From: Mobula hypostoma
Taxonomy: Eukaryota
Assembly: GCF_963921235.1 (NCBI RefSeq)
Contig: NC_086101.1
Span: 1,984,001 to 2,048,000, forward strand
DNA length: 64,000 bases
Reading direction: 5' to 3'
Below, piece by piece: positions 1-13,264 of this stretch. The stretch's first letter is position 1. The number at the start of each line of letters is the position of its first letter. The notes under the pieces are model-generated. The model searched no databases and was not told the origin of the DNA. It saw only the letters and a list, made by a program, of their open reading frames with translations. Made by a program: the position numbers and the translations under genes.

Positions 1-3000
1 CCCCATCACCCCTACTGGCACAACATCACCCATCACCCCATCACCCCTACTGGCACAACATCACCCATCACCCATCACCCCTACTGGCACAACATCACCC
101 ATCACCCCATCACCCCTACTGGCACAACATCACCCATCACCCCATCACCCCTACTGGCACAACATCACCCATCACCCCTACTGGCACAACATCACCCATC
201 ATCACCCCATCACCCCTACTGGCACAACATCACCCATCACCCCATCACCCCTACTGGCACAACATCACCCCATCACCCCTACTGGCACAACATCACCCCA
301 TCACCCATCACCCCTACTGGCACAACATCACCCATCACCCCATCACCCCTACTGGCACAACATCACCCATCACCCCATCACCCCTACTGGCACAAAATCA
401 CCCCATCACCCCCACTGGCACAACATCACCCCATCACCCATCACCCCTACTGGCACAACATCACCCCATCACCCCACCACCCCTACTGGCACATCACCCA
501 TCATCACCCCATCACCCCTACTGGCACAACATCACCCATCATCACCCCATCACCCCTACTGGCACAACATCACCCATCATCACCCCACTGGCACACATCA
601 CCCATCACCCCATACTGGCACAACATCACCCATCATCCCCTACTGGCACAACATCACATCACCCCATCACCCCACTGGCACAACATCACCCATCACCCCA
701 TCACCCCTACTGGCACAACATCACCCATCACCCCATCACCCCTACTCATCACCCCATCATCACCCCTACTGGCACCATCACTGCACCATCACCCTCATCA
801 CCCACACACCCACACCCCATCACCCTACTGGCACAACATCACCCATCACCCCCACTGGCACAACATCACCCCCATCACCCCATCACCCCTACTGGCACAA
901 CATCACCCATCACTCCTACTGGCACAACATCACCCATCACCCCTACTGGCACAACATCACCCCCACTGGCACAACATCACCCATCACCCCATCACGCCTA
1001 CTGGCACAACATCACCCATCACCTCATCACCCCTACTGGCACAACATCACCCATCACCCCCTACTGGCACAACATCACCCATCACCGCATCACCCCTACT
1101 GGCACAACATCACCCATCACCCCATCACCCCTACTGGCACAACATCACCCATCATCACCCCATCACCCCTACTGGCACAACATCACCCATCACCCCATCA
1201 CCCCTACTGGCACAACATCACCCATCACCCCATCACCCCTACTGGCACAACATCACCCATCACCCCATCACCCCTACTGGCACAACATCACCCATCACCC
1301 CATCACCCCTACTGGCACAACATCACCCATCACCCATCACCCCTACTGGCACAACATCACCCATCACCCCATCACCCCTACTGGCACAACATCACCCATC
1401 ACCCCTACTGGCACAACATCACCCATCACCCATCACCCCTACTGGCACAACATCACCCATCACCCCATCACCCCTACTGGCACAACATCACCCATCACCC
1501 ATCACCCCTACTGGCACAACATCACCCATCACCCCATCACCCCTACTGGCACAACATCACCCATCACCCCATCACCCCTACTGGCACAACATCACCCATC
1601 ACCCCATCACCCCTACTGGCACAACATCACCCCATCACCCCATCACCCCTACTGGCACAACATCACCCATCACCCCATCACCCCTACTGGCACAACATCA
1701 CCCATCACCCATCACCCCTACTGGCACAACATCACCCATCACCCCATCACCCCTACTGGCACAACATCACCCATCACCCCATCACCCCTACTGGCACAAC
1801 ATCACCCCATCACCCATCACCCCATCACCCCATCACCCATCACCCCATCACCCCTACTGGCACAACATCACCCATCACCCCATCACCACTACTGGCCAAC
1901 ATCACCCCATCACCCCTACTGGCACATCACCCATCACCCCATCACCCCTACTGGCACAACATCACCCATCACCCATCACCCCTACTGGCACAACATCACC
2001 CCATCACCCCTACTGGCACAACATCACCCATCACCCATCACCCCTACTGGCACAACATCACCCATCACCCCATCACCCCTACTGGCACAACATCACCCCA
2101 TCACCCCTACTGGCACAACATCACCCATCACACATCACCCACACTGGCACAACATCACCCCATCACCCCCACTGGCACAACATCACCCATCACCCCATCA
2201 CCCCTACTGGCACAACATCACCCATCACCCCATCACCCCTACTGGCACATCACATCACCCATCACCCCATCACCCCTACTGGCACAACATCACCCATCAC
2301 CCCATCACCCCTACTGGCACAACATCACCCATCACCCCATCACCCTACTGGCACAACATCACCCATCACCCCATCACCCCTACTGGCACAACATCACCCA
2401 TCATCACCCCATCACCCCTACTGGCACAACATCACCCATCACCCCATCACCCCCACTGGCACAACATCACCCATCACCCCATCACCCCTACTGGCACAAC
2501 ATCACCCATCACCCCATCACTGGCACATCACCCATCACCCCTACTGGCACAACATCACCCCCACTGGCACAACATCACCCATCACCCCATCACCCCTACT
2601 GGCACAACATCACCCATCACCCCATCACCCCTACTGGCACAACATCACCCATCACCCCATCACCCCTACTGGCACATCACCCCATCACCCATCACCCCTA
2701 CTGGCACAACATCACCCATCACCCATCACCCCTACTGGCACAACATCACCCATCACCCCATCACCCCTACTGGCACAACATCACCCATCATCACCCCATC
2801 ACCCCTACTGGCACAACATCACCCATCACCCCATCACCCCCACTGGCACAACATCACCCATCACCCCATCACCCCTACTGGCACAACATCACCCCATCAC
2901 CCCATCACCCCTACTGGCACAACATCACCCATCACCCCATCACCCCTACTGGCACAACATCACCCATCACCCCATCACCCCCACTGGCACAACATCACCC

Positions 3001-5672
3001 ATCACCCCATCACCCCTACTGGCACAACATCACCCATCACCCCTACTGGCACAACATCACCCATCACCCCTACTGGCACAACATCACCCATCATCACCCC
3101 ATCACCCCTACTGGCACAACATCACCCATCACCCATCAGCCCTACTGGCACAACATCACCCATCATCACCCCATCACCCCTACTGGCACAACATCACCCA
3201 TCACCCCATCACCCCTACTGGCACAACATCACCCCATCACCCCATCACCCCTACTGGCACAACATCACCCATCACCCATCACCCCCACTGGCACAACATC
3301 ACCCATCACCCCATCACCCCTACTGGCACAACATCACCCATCACCCCTACTGGCACAACATCACCCATCACCCCATCACCCCTACTGGCACAACATCACC
3401 CATCATCACCCCATCACCCCATCACCCCCACTGGCACAACATCACCCATCACCCCATCACCCCTACTGCACAACATCACCCCATCACCCCTACTGGCACA
3501 ACATCACCCATCACCCCCACTGGCAACATCACCCATCACCCATCACCCCTACTGGCACAACATCACCCATCACCTCATCACCCCATCACCCCTACTGGCA
3601 CAACATCACCCCATCACCCATCACTGGCACAACATCACCCATCACCCCATCACCCCTACTGGCACAACATCACCCATCACCCCATCACCCCTACTGGCAC
3701 AACATCACCCATCACCCCATCACCCCTACTGGCACAACATCACCCATCACCCATCACCCCTACTGGCACAACATCACCCATCACCCCATCACCCCTACTG
3801 GCACAACATCACCCATCACCCCATCACCCCTACTGGCACAACATCACCCATCACCCCATCACCCCTACTGGCACAACATCACCCATCACCCCATCACCCC
3901 CACTGGCACAACATCACCCATCACCCCATCACCCCTACTGGCACAACATCACCCCATCACCCCTACTGGCACAACATCACCCATCACCCATCACCCCTAC
4001 TGGCACAACATCACCCATCACCCCATCACCCCTACTGGCACAACATCACCCATCACCCCATCACCCCTACTGGCACAACATCACCCCATCACCCCCACTG
4101 GCACAACATCACCCATCACCCCCACTGGCACAACATCACCCATCACCCCATCACCCCTACTGGCACAACATCACCCCATCACCCCACCCATCACCCATCA
4201 TCACCCCTACTGGCACAACATCACCCATCACCCCATCACCCCTACTGGCACAACCATCACCCATCACCCCTACTGGCACAACATCACCCATCACCCCATC
4301 ACCCCTACTGGCACAACATCACCCATCACCCCATCACCCCTACTGGCACATCACCCATCACCCATCACAACATCCCCATCACCCATCACCCCTACTGGCA
4401 CAACATCACCCATCAACTGGCACCTCATCACCCATCACCCCTCACTGCTACTGGCACAACACCCATCACCCCTACTGGCACAACATCACCCATCACCCCT
4501 ACTGGCACAACATCACCCATCACCCCATCACCCCTACTGGCACAACATCACCCATCACCCCATCACCCCTACTGGCACAACATCACCCCATCATCACCCC
4601 TACTGGCACAACATCACCCATCACCCATCACCCCTACTGGCACAACATCACCCATCACCCATCACCCCATCACCCCTACTGGCACATCACCCATCACCCA
4701 TCACCCCTACTGGCACAACATCACCCATCACCCCATCACCCCTACTGGCACAACATCACCCATCACCCCATCACCCCAACTGGCACAACAACACCCAACA
4801 CCCACCACCCCCACTGGCACAACATCACCCATCACCCCATCACCCCTACTGGCACAACATCACCCATCACCCCATCACCCCTACTGGCACAACATCACCC
4901 ATCACCCCATCACCCCTACTGGCACAACATCACCCCATCACCCCTACTGGCACAACATCACCCATCACCCATCACCCCTACTGGCACATCACCCATCACC
5001 CCATCACCCCTACTGGCACCCCATCACCCATCACCCCATCACCCCTACTGGCACAACATCACCCATCACCCCATCACCCCCACTGGCACAACATCACCCC
5101 ATCACCCCATCACCCCCACTGGCACAACAACCCATCACCCCATCACCCCTACTGGCACAACATCACCCCATCACCCCTACTGGCACAACATCACCCCATC
5201 ACCCCTACTGGCACAACATCACCCATCACCCCACTGGCACAACATCACCCATCACCCCATCACCCCTACTGGCACATCACCCCATCACCCCTACTGGCAC
5301 AACATCACCCATCACCCCATCACCCCTACTGGCACAACATCACCCCATCACCCATCACCCCTACTGGCACAACATCACCCATCACCCCATCACCCCTACT
5401 GGCACATCATCACCCATCACCCATCACCCCATCACCCCTACTGGCACAACATCACCCATCACCCCATCACCCCCACTGGCACAACATCACCCATCACCCC
5501 ATCACCCCTACTGGCACAACATCACCCCATCACCCCATCACCCCTACTGGCACAACATCACCCATCACCCATCACCCCTACTGGCACAACATCACCTCCT
5601 TACCCATCACCCCTACTGGCACATCACCCATCACCCCCACTGGCACATCATCACCCATCATGCCCACTGGCA
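1..5672. repeat. Minisatellite, modal 35-bp unit TACTGGCACAACATCACCCATCACCCCATCACCCC built from CATCACC(C) subunits; continues off the left edge; lies in intron 5 of the WD40 gene
   Basis: Directly visible tandem array with a variable number of CATCACC(C) subunits per unit. Confidence 0.98.
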
Positions 5673-5931
5673 CAGCAGCTTGGCAGAGTTCTCTGTCCCA
5701 GCCAATCTTTCTCGGTGTGGTCTACTGAAGACCCCATCCTCTCCCAAGACGAGGTGTTTGCAGGTTCTGAGGCTCTGGGATTTTACCCAACCTCCTCTGT
5801 CTGTCCTCCCACTTTTCCAGTGTGTGTGTCCTCCCCCAGACCAACCTCCCCGACCCCCAGCAGGGGTTTGTGTAACTGCGCATGCACCCAGTGCAACAGC
5901 CCGACTGGAGTGCTCAGACGTCGTTTCCTAC

Positions 5932-6012
5932 CCGGATGTCGATTCCGGGGCCACAGATGTGTGGTCCGTTGATGACTTTCCGAGCCTGACGCGCCAGCCG
6001 CTTGTCCCAGAC
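5932..6012 (-). CDS. WD40-repeat protein, coding exon 5 (VWDKRLARQARKVINGPHICGPGIDIR); gene continues beyond the left edge
   Basis: Acceptor tgtctccccccag, donor GTAGGA, 81 nt, phase 0/0; completes the SGGWDDSIK|VWD WD motif begun in exon 4. Confidence 0.88.
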
Positions 6013-6279
6013 CTGGGGGGAGACACAACGTCCGTCAGCTCACCAGCGATCAACACCAAGGCTGGCGTCTGCTGAGGAGACCCAGGACCCCCACCACACA
6101 TCCACCCCCCCCACATTACCAAACGCTATGTCACCAAAGGCACTCGGGCACCCTGCACGTGGAGAACACGCTAACAGGTTCCATCACCGGCTGGAGGGAG
6201 GGGGGGCACGGCACAGGATCAGGGAGTGTAAACCCACTCTGCTCCATCACTGGCCCTGGCCTCCCCAGCATCGAGCATT

Positions 6280-6570
6280 TCCTCAAGGAGTGATGTGTCC
6301 CCTTCTCATTGCTACCGTCAGGGAGGAGACACGGGCGCCTGAGGACACACACTCCACGTTTCAGGAACAGCTTCTTCCCCTCCACGACCAGATTTATGTA
6401 CGGACATCCAGCCCATGAAGACTGTCTCTCTGACGTGCCGCAATTTCTGTTTATCCATCTTTCAATATATTTTTATTGTAATACCGTAATTTAAGTATTG
6501 CACTGTACCACTGCCGTAAAACATAACATTTCATGATGTACCACATCTCCGTCATAATAAACCCGATTCT
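6280..6570 (+). mobile_element. Decayed 3' fragment of a Rex-Babar/L2-like LINE
   Basis: Translates as LLPSGRRHGRLRTHTPRFRNSFFPSTTR, matching the C-terminus of the LINE at 15200-15664; AATAAA near the end. Confidence 0.7.
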
Positions 6571-6609
6571 GATGGAGATAGGAGTCATACAGGGGCCAGA
6601 ACAAAATAC

Positions 6610-7110
6610 ACACACCGGCTTCATTACAGTCCTGTTACACATACCAGTGCCATTACAGACAGTCCTGTAACACACACTGGCCCATTACATTCATGTTACA
6701 CACACCAGTCCCATTACAATCCCATTACACACACTGACCCCATTACTGTATCGCTACACACACATTGGCCCCATTACAGTCTCGTTACACACATTGGCCC
6801 CATTACACAGTCACGTTACACACACCGGCCCTGTTACAGTCCTGTTATATACACCAGTTCCTTTACACACATCAGTCCCATTACACACAATGGTCCCGTT
6901 ACAGTCCCATTACAAACATTGGTCCCATTACAGACAGTCTTGTTACACACACCAGCTCCATTACAATCATAGGGGGACCACAGCAAGATCCACACACCGG
7001 TACCGTTACACACATCATTTCCGTCACACACCCCGGTCCCATTACAGTCCTGATACAAACACCAGTCCCACCACAGACAGTCCCATAAAACACACCGGTC
7101 CCGTCACGGA
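6610..7110. repeat. Degenerate tandem repeat of about 30 bp (CCCATTACAGTCCyrTTACACACACCrGT-like) in WD40 intron 4
   Basis: Recurrent CCCATTACA / TTACACACAC motifs. Confidence 0.8.
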
Positions 7111-7154
7111 CAGTCGAATTCATGGGCTCTCCCATTCTGATGCCTCGCCCTCAC

Positions 7155-7304
7155 CTTAATAGAGTCGTCCCAGCCTCCTGAGACAAAGATGTGTCGCTCC
7201 TGAGGGTGGAAGCGGAGGGCGTAGATTCGCCGGGTGTGCCCGTCAACCGGCCGCAGCTCCTTCCCACGGCTGACATAGTCCGCGGCCTCCAGAACATCAA
7301 TCAA
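7155..7304 (-). CDS. WD40-repeat protein, coding exon 4 (LIDVLEAADY...GHTRRIYALRFHPQERHIFVSGGWDDSIK)
   Basis: Acceptor ctccccatcccaacag, donor GTGAGG, 150 nt, phase 0/0; canonical GH...SGGWD WD40 repeat. Confidence 0.93.
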
Positions 7305-7431
7305 CTGTTGGGATGGGGAGTGCGGAAGTTGTGACAGGAAATCAACTCAAATCAAACCCAAACCCCTGAACTCCGACACAGTACTGAACTCCACAGCCAA
7401 AACACTTCACCGCGTCCACGCTCCGCCCTAA

Positions 7432-9855
7432 ATTCCCAACACTCCCTCACTCCCTTATCCTCAACACTCCATCACTCCCGTATCCTCAATACTCCCTAAC
7501 TCCCGTATCCTCAACACTCCCTCACTCCCGTATCCCCAACACTCCCGCACTGCCATATCCCCAAAACTCTCACTCCCATATCCCCAACACTCCCTCATAT
7601 CCCCAACACCCTCCACCCTGAATCCCCAACACTCCCTCACTCCCGTGTCCCCAACACCCTCCATCCTGAATCCCCAACACTCCATCACTCCCGTATCCCC
7701 AACACTCCCTCACTCCCGTATCCTCAACACCCTCCATCCTGAATCCCCAACACTCCATCACTCCCGTATCCTCAACACTCCCTCACTCCCGGATCCCCAA
7801 CACTCCCTCACTCCCGTATCCCCAACACTCCCTCACTCCCGTATCCCCAACACTCCCTCACTCCCGTATCCCCAACACCCTCCACCCTGAATCACCAACA
7901 CTCCCTCACTCCCGTATCCCCAACAACCTCCACTCTGAATCCCCAACAGTCCCTCATTCCCGTATCAACACTCCCTCACTCCCGTATCCTCAACACTCCC
8001 TCACTCCTGTATCCTCAACACTCCCTCACTCCCGTATCCTCAACACCCTCCACCCTGAATCCCCAACACTCCCTCACTCCCGTATCAACACTCTCTCACT
8101 CCCGTATCCCCAACACTCACTCACTCCCGTATCATCAACACTCCCTCACTCCCGTACCCCAACACTCACTCACTCCCGTATCCCCAACACCCTCCACCCC
8201 GAATCCCCAACACTCCCTCACTCCCGTATCCCCAACACTCACTCACTCCCGTATCCCCAAAACCCTCCACTCTGAATCCCCAACACTCCCTCACTCCCGT
8301 ATCCTCAACACTCCCTCACTCCCGTATCCCCAACACCCCCTCACTCCCGTATCCTCAACACTCCCACACTCCCGTATCTTCAACACTCCCTCACTCCTGT
8401 ATCCCCAACACTCCCTCACTTCCGTATCCCCAACACTCCCTCACTCCCGTATCCTCAACACCCTCCACCCTGAATCCCCAACACTCCCTCACTCCCGTAT
8501 CCTCAACACTCCCTCACTCCCGTATCCTCAACACTCCCTCACTCCCATATCCCCAACACTCCCTCACTCCCGTATCCTCAACACTCCCTCACGCCCGTAT
8601 CCTCAACACTCCCTCACGCCCGTATCCCCAACACTCCCTCACTTCCGTATCAACACTCCCTCACTCCCGTATCCCCAACACTCCCTCACTCCCATACCCC
8701 CAACACTCCCTCACTACCATATCCCCAACACTCCCTCACTCCCATATCCCCAACACCCTCCACCCTGAATCCCCAACACTCCCTTAATCCCGTATCCTGA
8801 ACACTCCCTCACTCCCGTATCAACACTCCCTCACTCCCGTATCCTCAACACTCCCTCACTGCCGTATCCTCAACACTCCCTCGTATCCCCAACACCCTCC
8901 ACCCTGAATCCCCAACACTCCCTCACTCCCGTGTCCCCAACACTCCCTCACTCCCATATCCTCAACACTCCCTCACTCCCGTATCCCCAACACTCCCTCA
9001 CTGCCATATCCCCAAAACTCTCTCACTCGCATATCCCCAACACTCCCTCGTATCCCCAACACCCTCCACCCTGAATCCCCAACACTCCCTCACTCCCGTG
9101 TCCCCAACACTCCCTCACTCCCATATCCTCAACACTCCCTCACTCCCGTATCCCCAACACTCCCTCACTGCCATATCCCCAAAACTCTCTCACTCGCATA
9201 TCCCCAACACTCCCTCGTATCCCCAACACCCTCCACCCTGAATCCCCAACACTCCCTCACTCCCGTGTCCCCAACACTCCCTCACTCCCATATCCTCAAC
9301 ACTCCCTCACTCCCGTATCCCCAACACTCCCTCACTCCCGTATCCTCAACACCCTCCACCATGAATCCCCAACACTCCCTCACTCCCGTATCCTCAATAC
9401 ACCCTCACTCCCGTATCCCCAACACTCCCTCACTCCCGTATCCCCAACACCCTCCACCCTGAATCCCCAACACTCCCTCACTCCCGTATCAACACTCCCT
9501 CATTCCCGTATCCCCAACACTCCCTCACTCCCGTATCCTCAACACTCCCTCACGCCCGTATCCCCAACACTCCCTCACTCCCGTATCCTCAACACCCTCC
9601 ACCCTGAATCCCCAACACTCCCTCACTCCCGTATCCTCAACACTCCCTCACTCCCGTATCCCCAACACCCTCCACCCTGAATCCCCAACACTCCCTCACT
9701 CCCGTATCCCCAACACTCCCTCACTCCCGTATCCCCAACACTCCCTCACTCCCGTAATCCCAACACTCCCTCACTCCCGTAATCCCAACACTCCCTCACT
9801 CCTGAATCCCCAACACTCCCTCACTCCCGTATCCTCAACACTCCCTCACTCCCGT
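7432..9855. repeat. Minisatellite, 25-bp unit CAACACTCCCTCACTCCCGTATCCC interspersed with a 23-bp variant CAACACCCTCCACCCTGAATCCC (WD40 intron 3)
   Basis: Directly visible tandem array. Confidence 0.97.
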
Positions 9856-9876
9856 CTGCCCACCCTGATTCCTGAC

Positions 9877-9983
9877 CTGGTTAGTCCGCAAATCGTAGAC
9901 CCTGATGGCCCTGTTCCTGCCAGCAGTGATGAACGTCGCTCCGTCTGCCGAGATGTCGACTGTGTACAGCTGGTTATCCTCCT
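9877..9983 (-). CDS. WD40-repeat protein, coding exon 3 (EEDNQLYTVDISADGATFITAGRNRAIRVYDLRTNQ); missed by the ORF track
   Basis: Acceptor ctcacccaacag, donor GTCAGG, 107 nt, phase 1/0 matching both neighbours; WD40 pattern ending in YD. Confidence 0.92.
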
Positions 9984-10279
9984 CTGTTGGGTGAGCACAG
10001 TGCGATCCCAGTCTCGTGGGGGGGGGTTAATATTAAATCCCAGTCTCTGGTGGTGAGCAGAGTGTGATCCCAGTCTTGGGGTGTGGGGGCTTTAGGGGTG
10101 GGTGTGATGTGGGGGGGGGTTAGGGTGAGTGGATGGGTTTAGAGGGAGTGGAGGGTTTTGGGGGAGTGCAGGGTTTACAGTGGGTGGAGGGGAGTGCAGG
10201 TGTTTAGGGGTTTGGGGGGGAGAGTGGATGGTTCAGTGTCGGCTGGGAGTGTTGGGGTTTAGTGGGGAGTGCAGAGTTT

Positions 10280-11672
10280 TGGGGTGGGGAGGGTCCGGTG
10301 TGGGTGGGGAGGGTTTCGGTGTGGGAGGGGAGGGTCTGGTGGGGAGTGGAGGGTTTCGGTGTGGGTGGGGAGTGGAGGGTTTTGGTGTGGGTGGGGAGGG
10401 TCCGGTGTGGGTGGGGAGGGTCCAGTGGGGAGTGGAGGGTTTCGGTGTGGGTGGGGAGGGTCCGGTGGGGAGTGGAGGGTTTCGGTGTGGGTGGGGAGGG
10501 TCCGGTGTGGGAGGGAGGGTTTCGGTGTGGGTGTGGAGGGTCCCGTGTGGGAGGGGAGGGTCCAGTGGGGAGGGGAGGGTTTCGGTGTGGGAGGGGAGGG
10601 TCTGGTGGGGAGTGGAGGGTTTCGGTGTGTGGGGAGTGGAGGGTTTTGGTGTGGGAGGGGAGGGTCTGGTGTGGAGTGGAGGGTTTCGGTGTGGGTGGGG
10701 AGGGTCCGGTGGGGAGTGGAGGGTTTTGGTGTGTGTGGGGAGTGGAGGGTTTCGGTGTGGGAGGGGAGGGTCTGGTGGGGAGTGGAGGGTTTCGGTGTGT
10801 GTGGGGAGTGGAGGGTTTTGGTGTGGGAGGGGAGGGTTTTGGTGTGGGAGGGGAGGGTTTTGGTGTGGGTGGGGAGGGTCCGGTGGGGAGGGGAGGGTTT
10901 CGGTGTGAGAGCAGAGTGTCAGGTGTGAGAGGGGAGGGTCCAGTGGGGAGGGGAGGGTTTCGGTGTGGGAGGGGAGGGTTTCGGTGTGGGAGGGGAGGGT
11001 CTGGTGGGGAGTGGAGGATTTTGGTGTGGGTGGGGAGGGTCCAGTGGGGAGTGGAGGGTTTTGGTGTGGGTGGGGAGGGTTTCAGTGTGGGTGGGGAGGG
11101 TCTGGTGTGGAGTGGAGGGTTTCGGTGTGGGTGGGGAGGGTCCAGTGGGGAGTGGAGTGTTTTGGTGTGGGTGGGGAGGGTCCGGTGTGGGAGGAGAGGG
11201 TCCAGTGGGGAGGTGAGGGTTTCGGTGTGGGAGGGGAGGGTCTGGTGGGGAGTGGAGGGTTTCAGTGTGGGTGGGGAGGGTCCGGTGGGGAGTGGAGTGT
11301 TTTGGTGTGGGTGGGGAGGGTCCGGTGTGGGAGGGGAGGGTCCAGTGGGGAGGGGAGGGTTTCGGTGTGGGAGGGGAGGGTCTGGTGGGGAGTGGCGGGT
11401 TTCGGTGTGGGTGGGGAGGGTCCGGTGGGGAGTGGAGGGTTTTGGTGTGGGTGGGGAGGGTTTCGGTGTGGGAGGGGAGGGTTTCAGTGTGGGAGGGGAG
11501 GGTTTCAGTGTGGGAGGGGAGGGTCTGGTGGGGAGTGGAGGGTTTCGGTGTGGGTGGGGAGGGTCCGGTGGGGAGTGGAGGGTTTTGGTGTGGGTGGGGA
11601 GGGTCCGGTGGGGAATGGAGGGTTTTGGTGTGGGTGGGGAGGGTCCGGTGTGGGAGGGGAGGGTCCAGTGGG
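10280..11672. repeat. G-rich minisatellite, unit of about 40 bp GGGTTTCGGTGTGGGTGGGGAGGGTCCGGTGGGGAGTGGA (21+19 bp halves) in WD40 intron 2
   Basis: Directly visible tandem array; explains the spurious long Gly- and Pro-rich ORFs. Confidence 0.96.
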
Positions 11673-11694
11673 GATGTGCCGGCCAGTACTGTAC

Positions 11695-11875
11695 CTGTGA
11701 AGGAGGTGACACACGTCCCGGTCTGAGTGTTGTAGATGCCAACTGTCCCGTCGGCCCCGACTGCGACCAGCCGGCTGCTGTCACTGGGGTGGAAACACAG
11801 GCCGGTGGCCGCCTGACGCGACACCCCCCCGCTGAACAGATCACGCACCGGCTTCCCACTGTCCGGGTCCACTGC
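11695..11875 (-). CDS. WD40-repeat protein, coding exon 2 (AVDPDSGKPVRDLF...LCFHPSDSSRLVAVGADGTVGIYNTQTGTCVTSFT)
   Basis: Acceptor cccccccacccgccag, donor GTACAG, 181 nt, phase 0/1; WD40 pattern. Confidence 0.9.
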
Positions 11876-12059
11876 CTGGCGGGTGGGGGGGGGCAGGAGG
11901 AAGTAAAAAGGGTGGGTCAGGGGGCGGGTCAGGGCGATGGGTCGGAGAGGGGACGGTGGGGGTGATTGAGTGGGACAGAAGAGGGGTCAGTAGGAGAGGA
12001 CAGGAGGTGGACATGTGTGGGCGTGGGTGAACGAGGCTGGAATCTGTACTCAACACATA

Positions 12060-13110
12060 CTCCACCTTCCTCCCCTCCCCGTCACATATCCCTCCCTCCT
12101 TCTCCTGCTCCCCTCCCCTCTCCCCTGCCCCTCCCCTCTCCCTCGCCCCATCCCTCCACTCCTCCCCCTCTCCCCATCCCTCCACCCCTCCCCCTCTCCC
12201 CATCCCTCCACCCCTCCCCCTCTCCCCATCCCTCCACCCCTCCCCCTCTCCCTTGCCCTCCACCCCTCCCCCTCTCCCCTGCCCTATCCCTCCCCCTCTC
12301 CCCTGCCCTATCCCTCCCCCTCTCACTGCCCTATCCCTCCCTCCCCCTCTCCCCTGCCCCCTCTCCCTCTCCCCTGCCCCTCCCTCGTCTCCCTCTCCCC
12401 TCTCCCTCCCCCCCTATCCCTCCCTCCCCCCTCCCTCCCCCTCCCCTATCCCTCCCTCCCCCTCCCCATCCCTCCCTCCCCCCTCCCCTATCCACCCCTC
12501 CCCCTCTCCCCTGCCCTATCCTTCCCTCGTCCCATCCCTCCACCCCTCCCCCTCCCCTATCCTTCCCTCACCCCATCCCTCCACCCCTCCCCCTCTCCCC
12601 TGCCCTATCCTTCCCTTGTCCCATCCTTCCACCCCTCCCCCTCCCCTGCCCTATCCTTCCCTCACCCCTGCCCTATCCTTCCCTCACCCCATCCCTCCCC
12701 CACTCCCCCTCTCCCCTGCCCTATCCTTCCCTCGCCCCATCCCTCCACCCCTCCCCCTCTCCCCTGCCCTATCCCTCCCTCCCTCTCTCCCCTGCCCTAT
12801 CCCTCCCTCCCTCCCCTGCCCTATCCCTCCCTCCCTCCCCCTCCCCTGCCCCCCTCCCCCTCTCCCCGCCCCCTTCCCCCTCTCCCCTGCCCCCTCCCGT
12901 TCTTCCTCGCCCCATCCTTCCACCCCTCCCCTTCTCCCTATTCCTCCACCCCTCCCCCTCTCCCTCGCCCCTCCCCCTCCCCCTATTCCTCCACCCCCCC
13001 TCTCCCTCGCCACTCCCCCTCCCCCTCTCCCTATCCCTCCCTCCCCCTCTCCCTATCCCTCCCTCCCCCTCTCCCCATCCCTCCCTCCCCCTCTCCCCTG
13101 CCCCCTCCCA
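12060..13110. repeat. About 1 kb polypyrimidine/polypurine low-complexity repeat (CCCCTCT / CCCTATCCCT units) in WD40 intron 1
   Basis: Almost pure C/T on the + strand. Confidence 0.95.
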
Positions 13111-13117
13111 GGGTTAC

Positions 13118-13264
13118 CTGAATGGCTCCATTGCCGAAGCCGACAACGAGCTGGTGGCCATCGGGAGACAGTGCCAGACTGTAGATGCTCTGCGTGTCCC
13201 TGGTCAGGGGAACTGCATGCCTGACCTTCAGCTGGGTTGGAGGCTCCCTGGATCGAGTTGCCAT
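13118..13264 (-). CDS. WD40-repeat protein, first coding exon ([49 protein letters not shown])
   Basis: ATG at 13264 (an in-frame ATG also exists at 13351); donor CAG|GTAACC at 13117; likely acceptor cttgcttcttggcag at 13302 implies an upstream non-coding exon; WD40 pattern SLALSPDG. Confidence 0.88.

Noticed and set aside
1..5672. CRISPR-like array (constant TACTGGCACAA with variable intervening sequence)
   Set aside because: The intervening parts are only CATCACC(C) subunits, not unique spacers; the context is eukaryotic and no cas genes are present.
5932..13264. Naming the WD40 gene WDR46 because of MHC synteny with DAXX
   Set aside because: The first WD repeat starts within about 25 residues of the Met and I recognise no WDR46/Utp7 motifs; no symbol is assigned.
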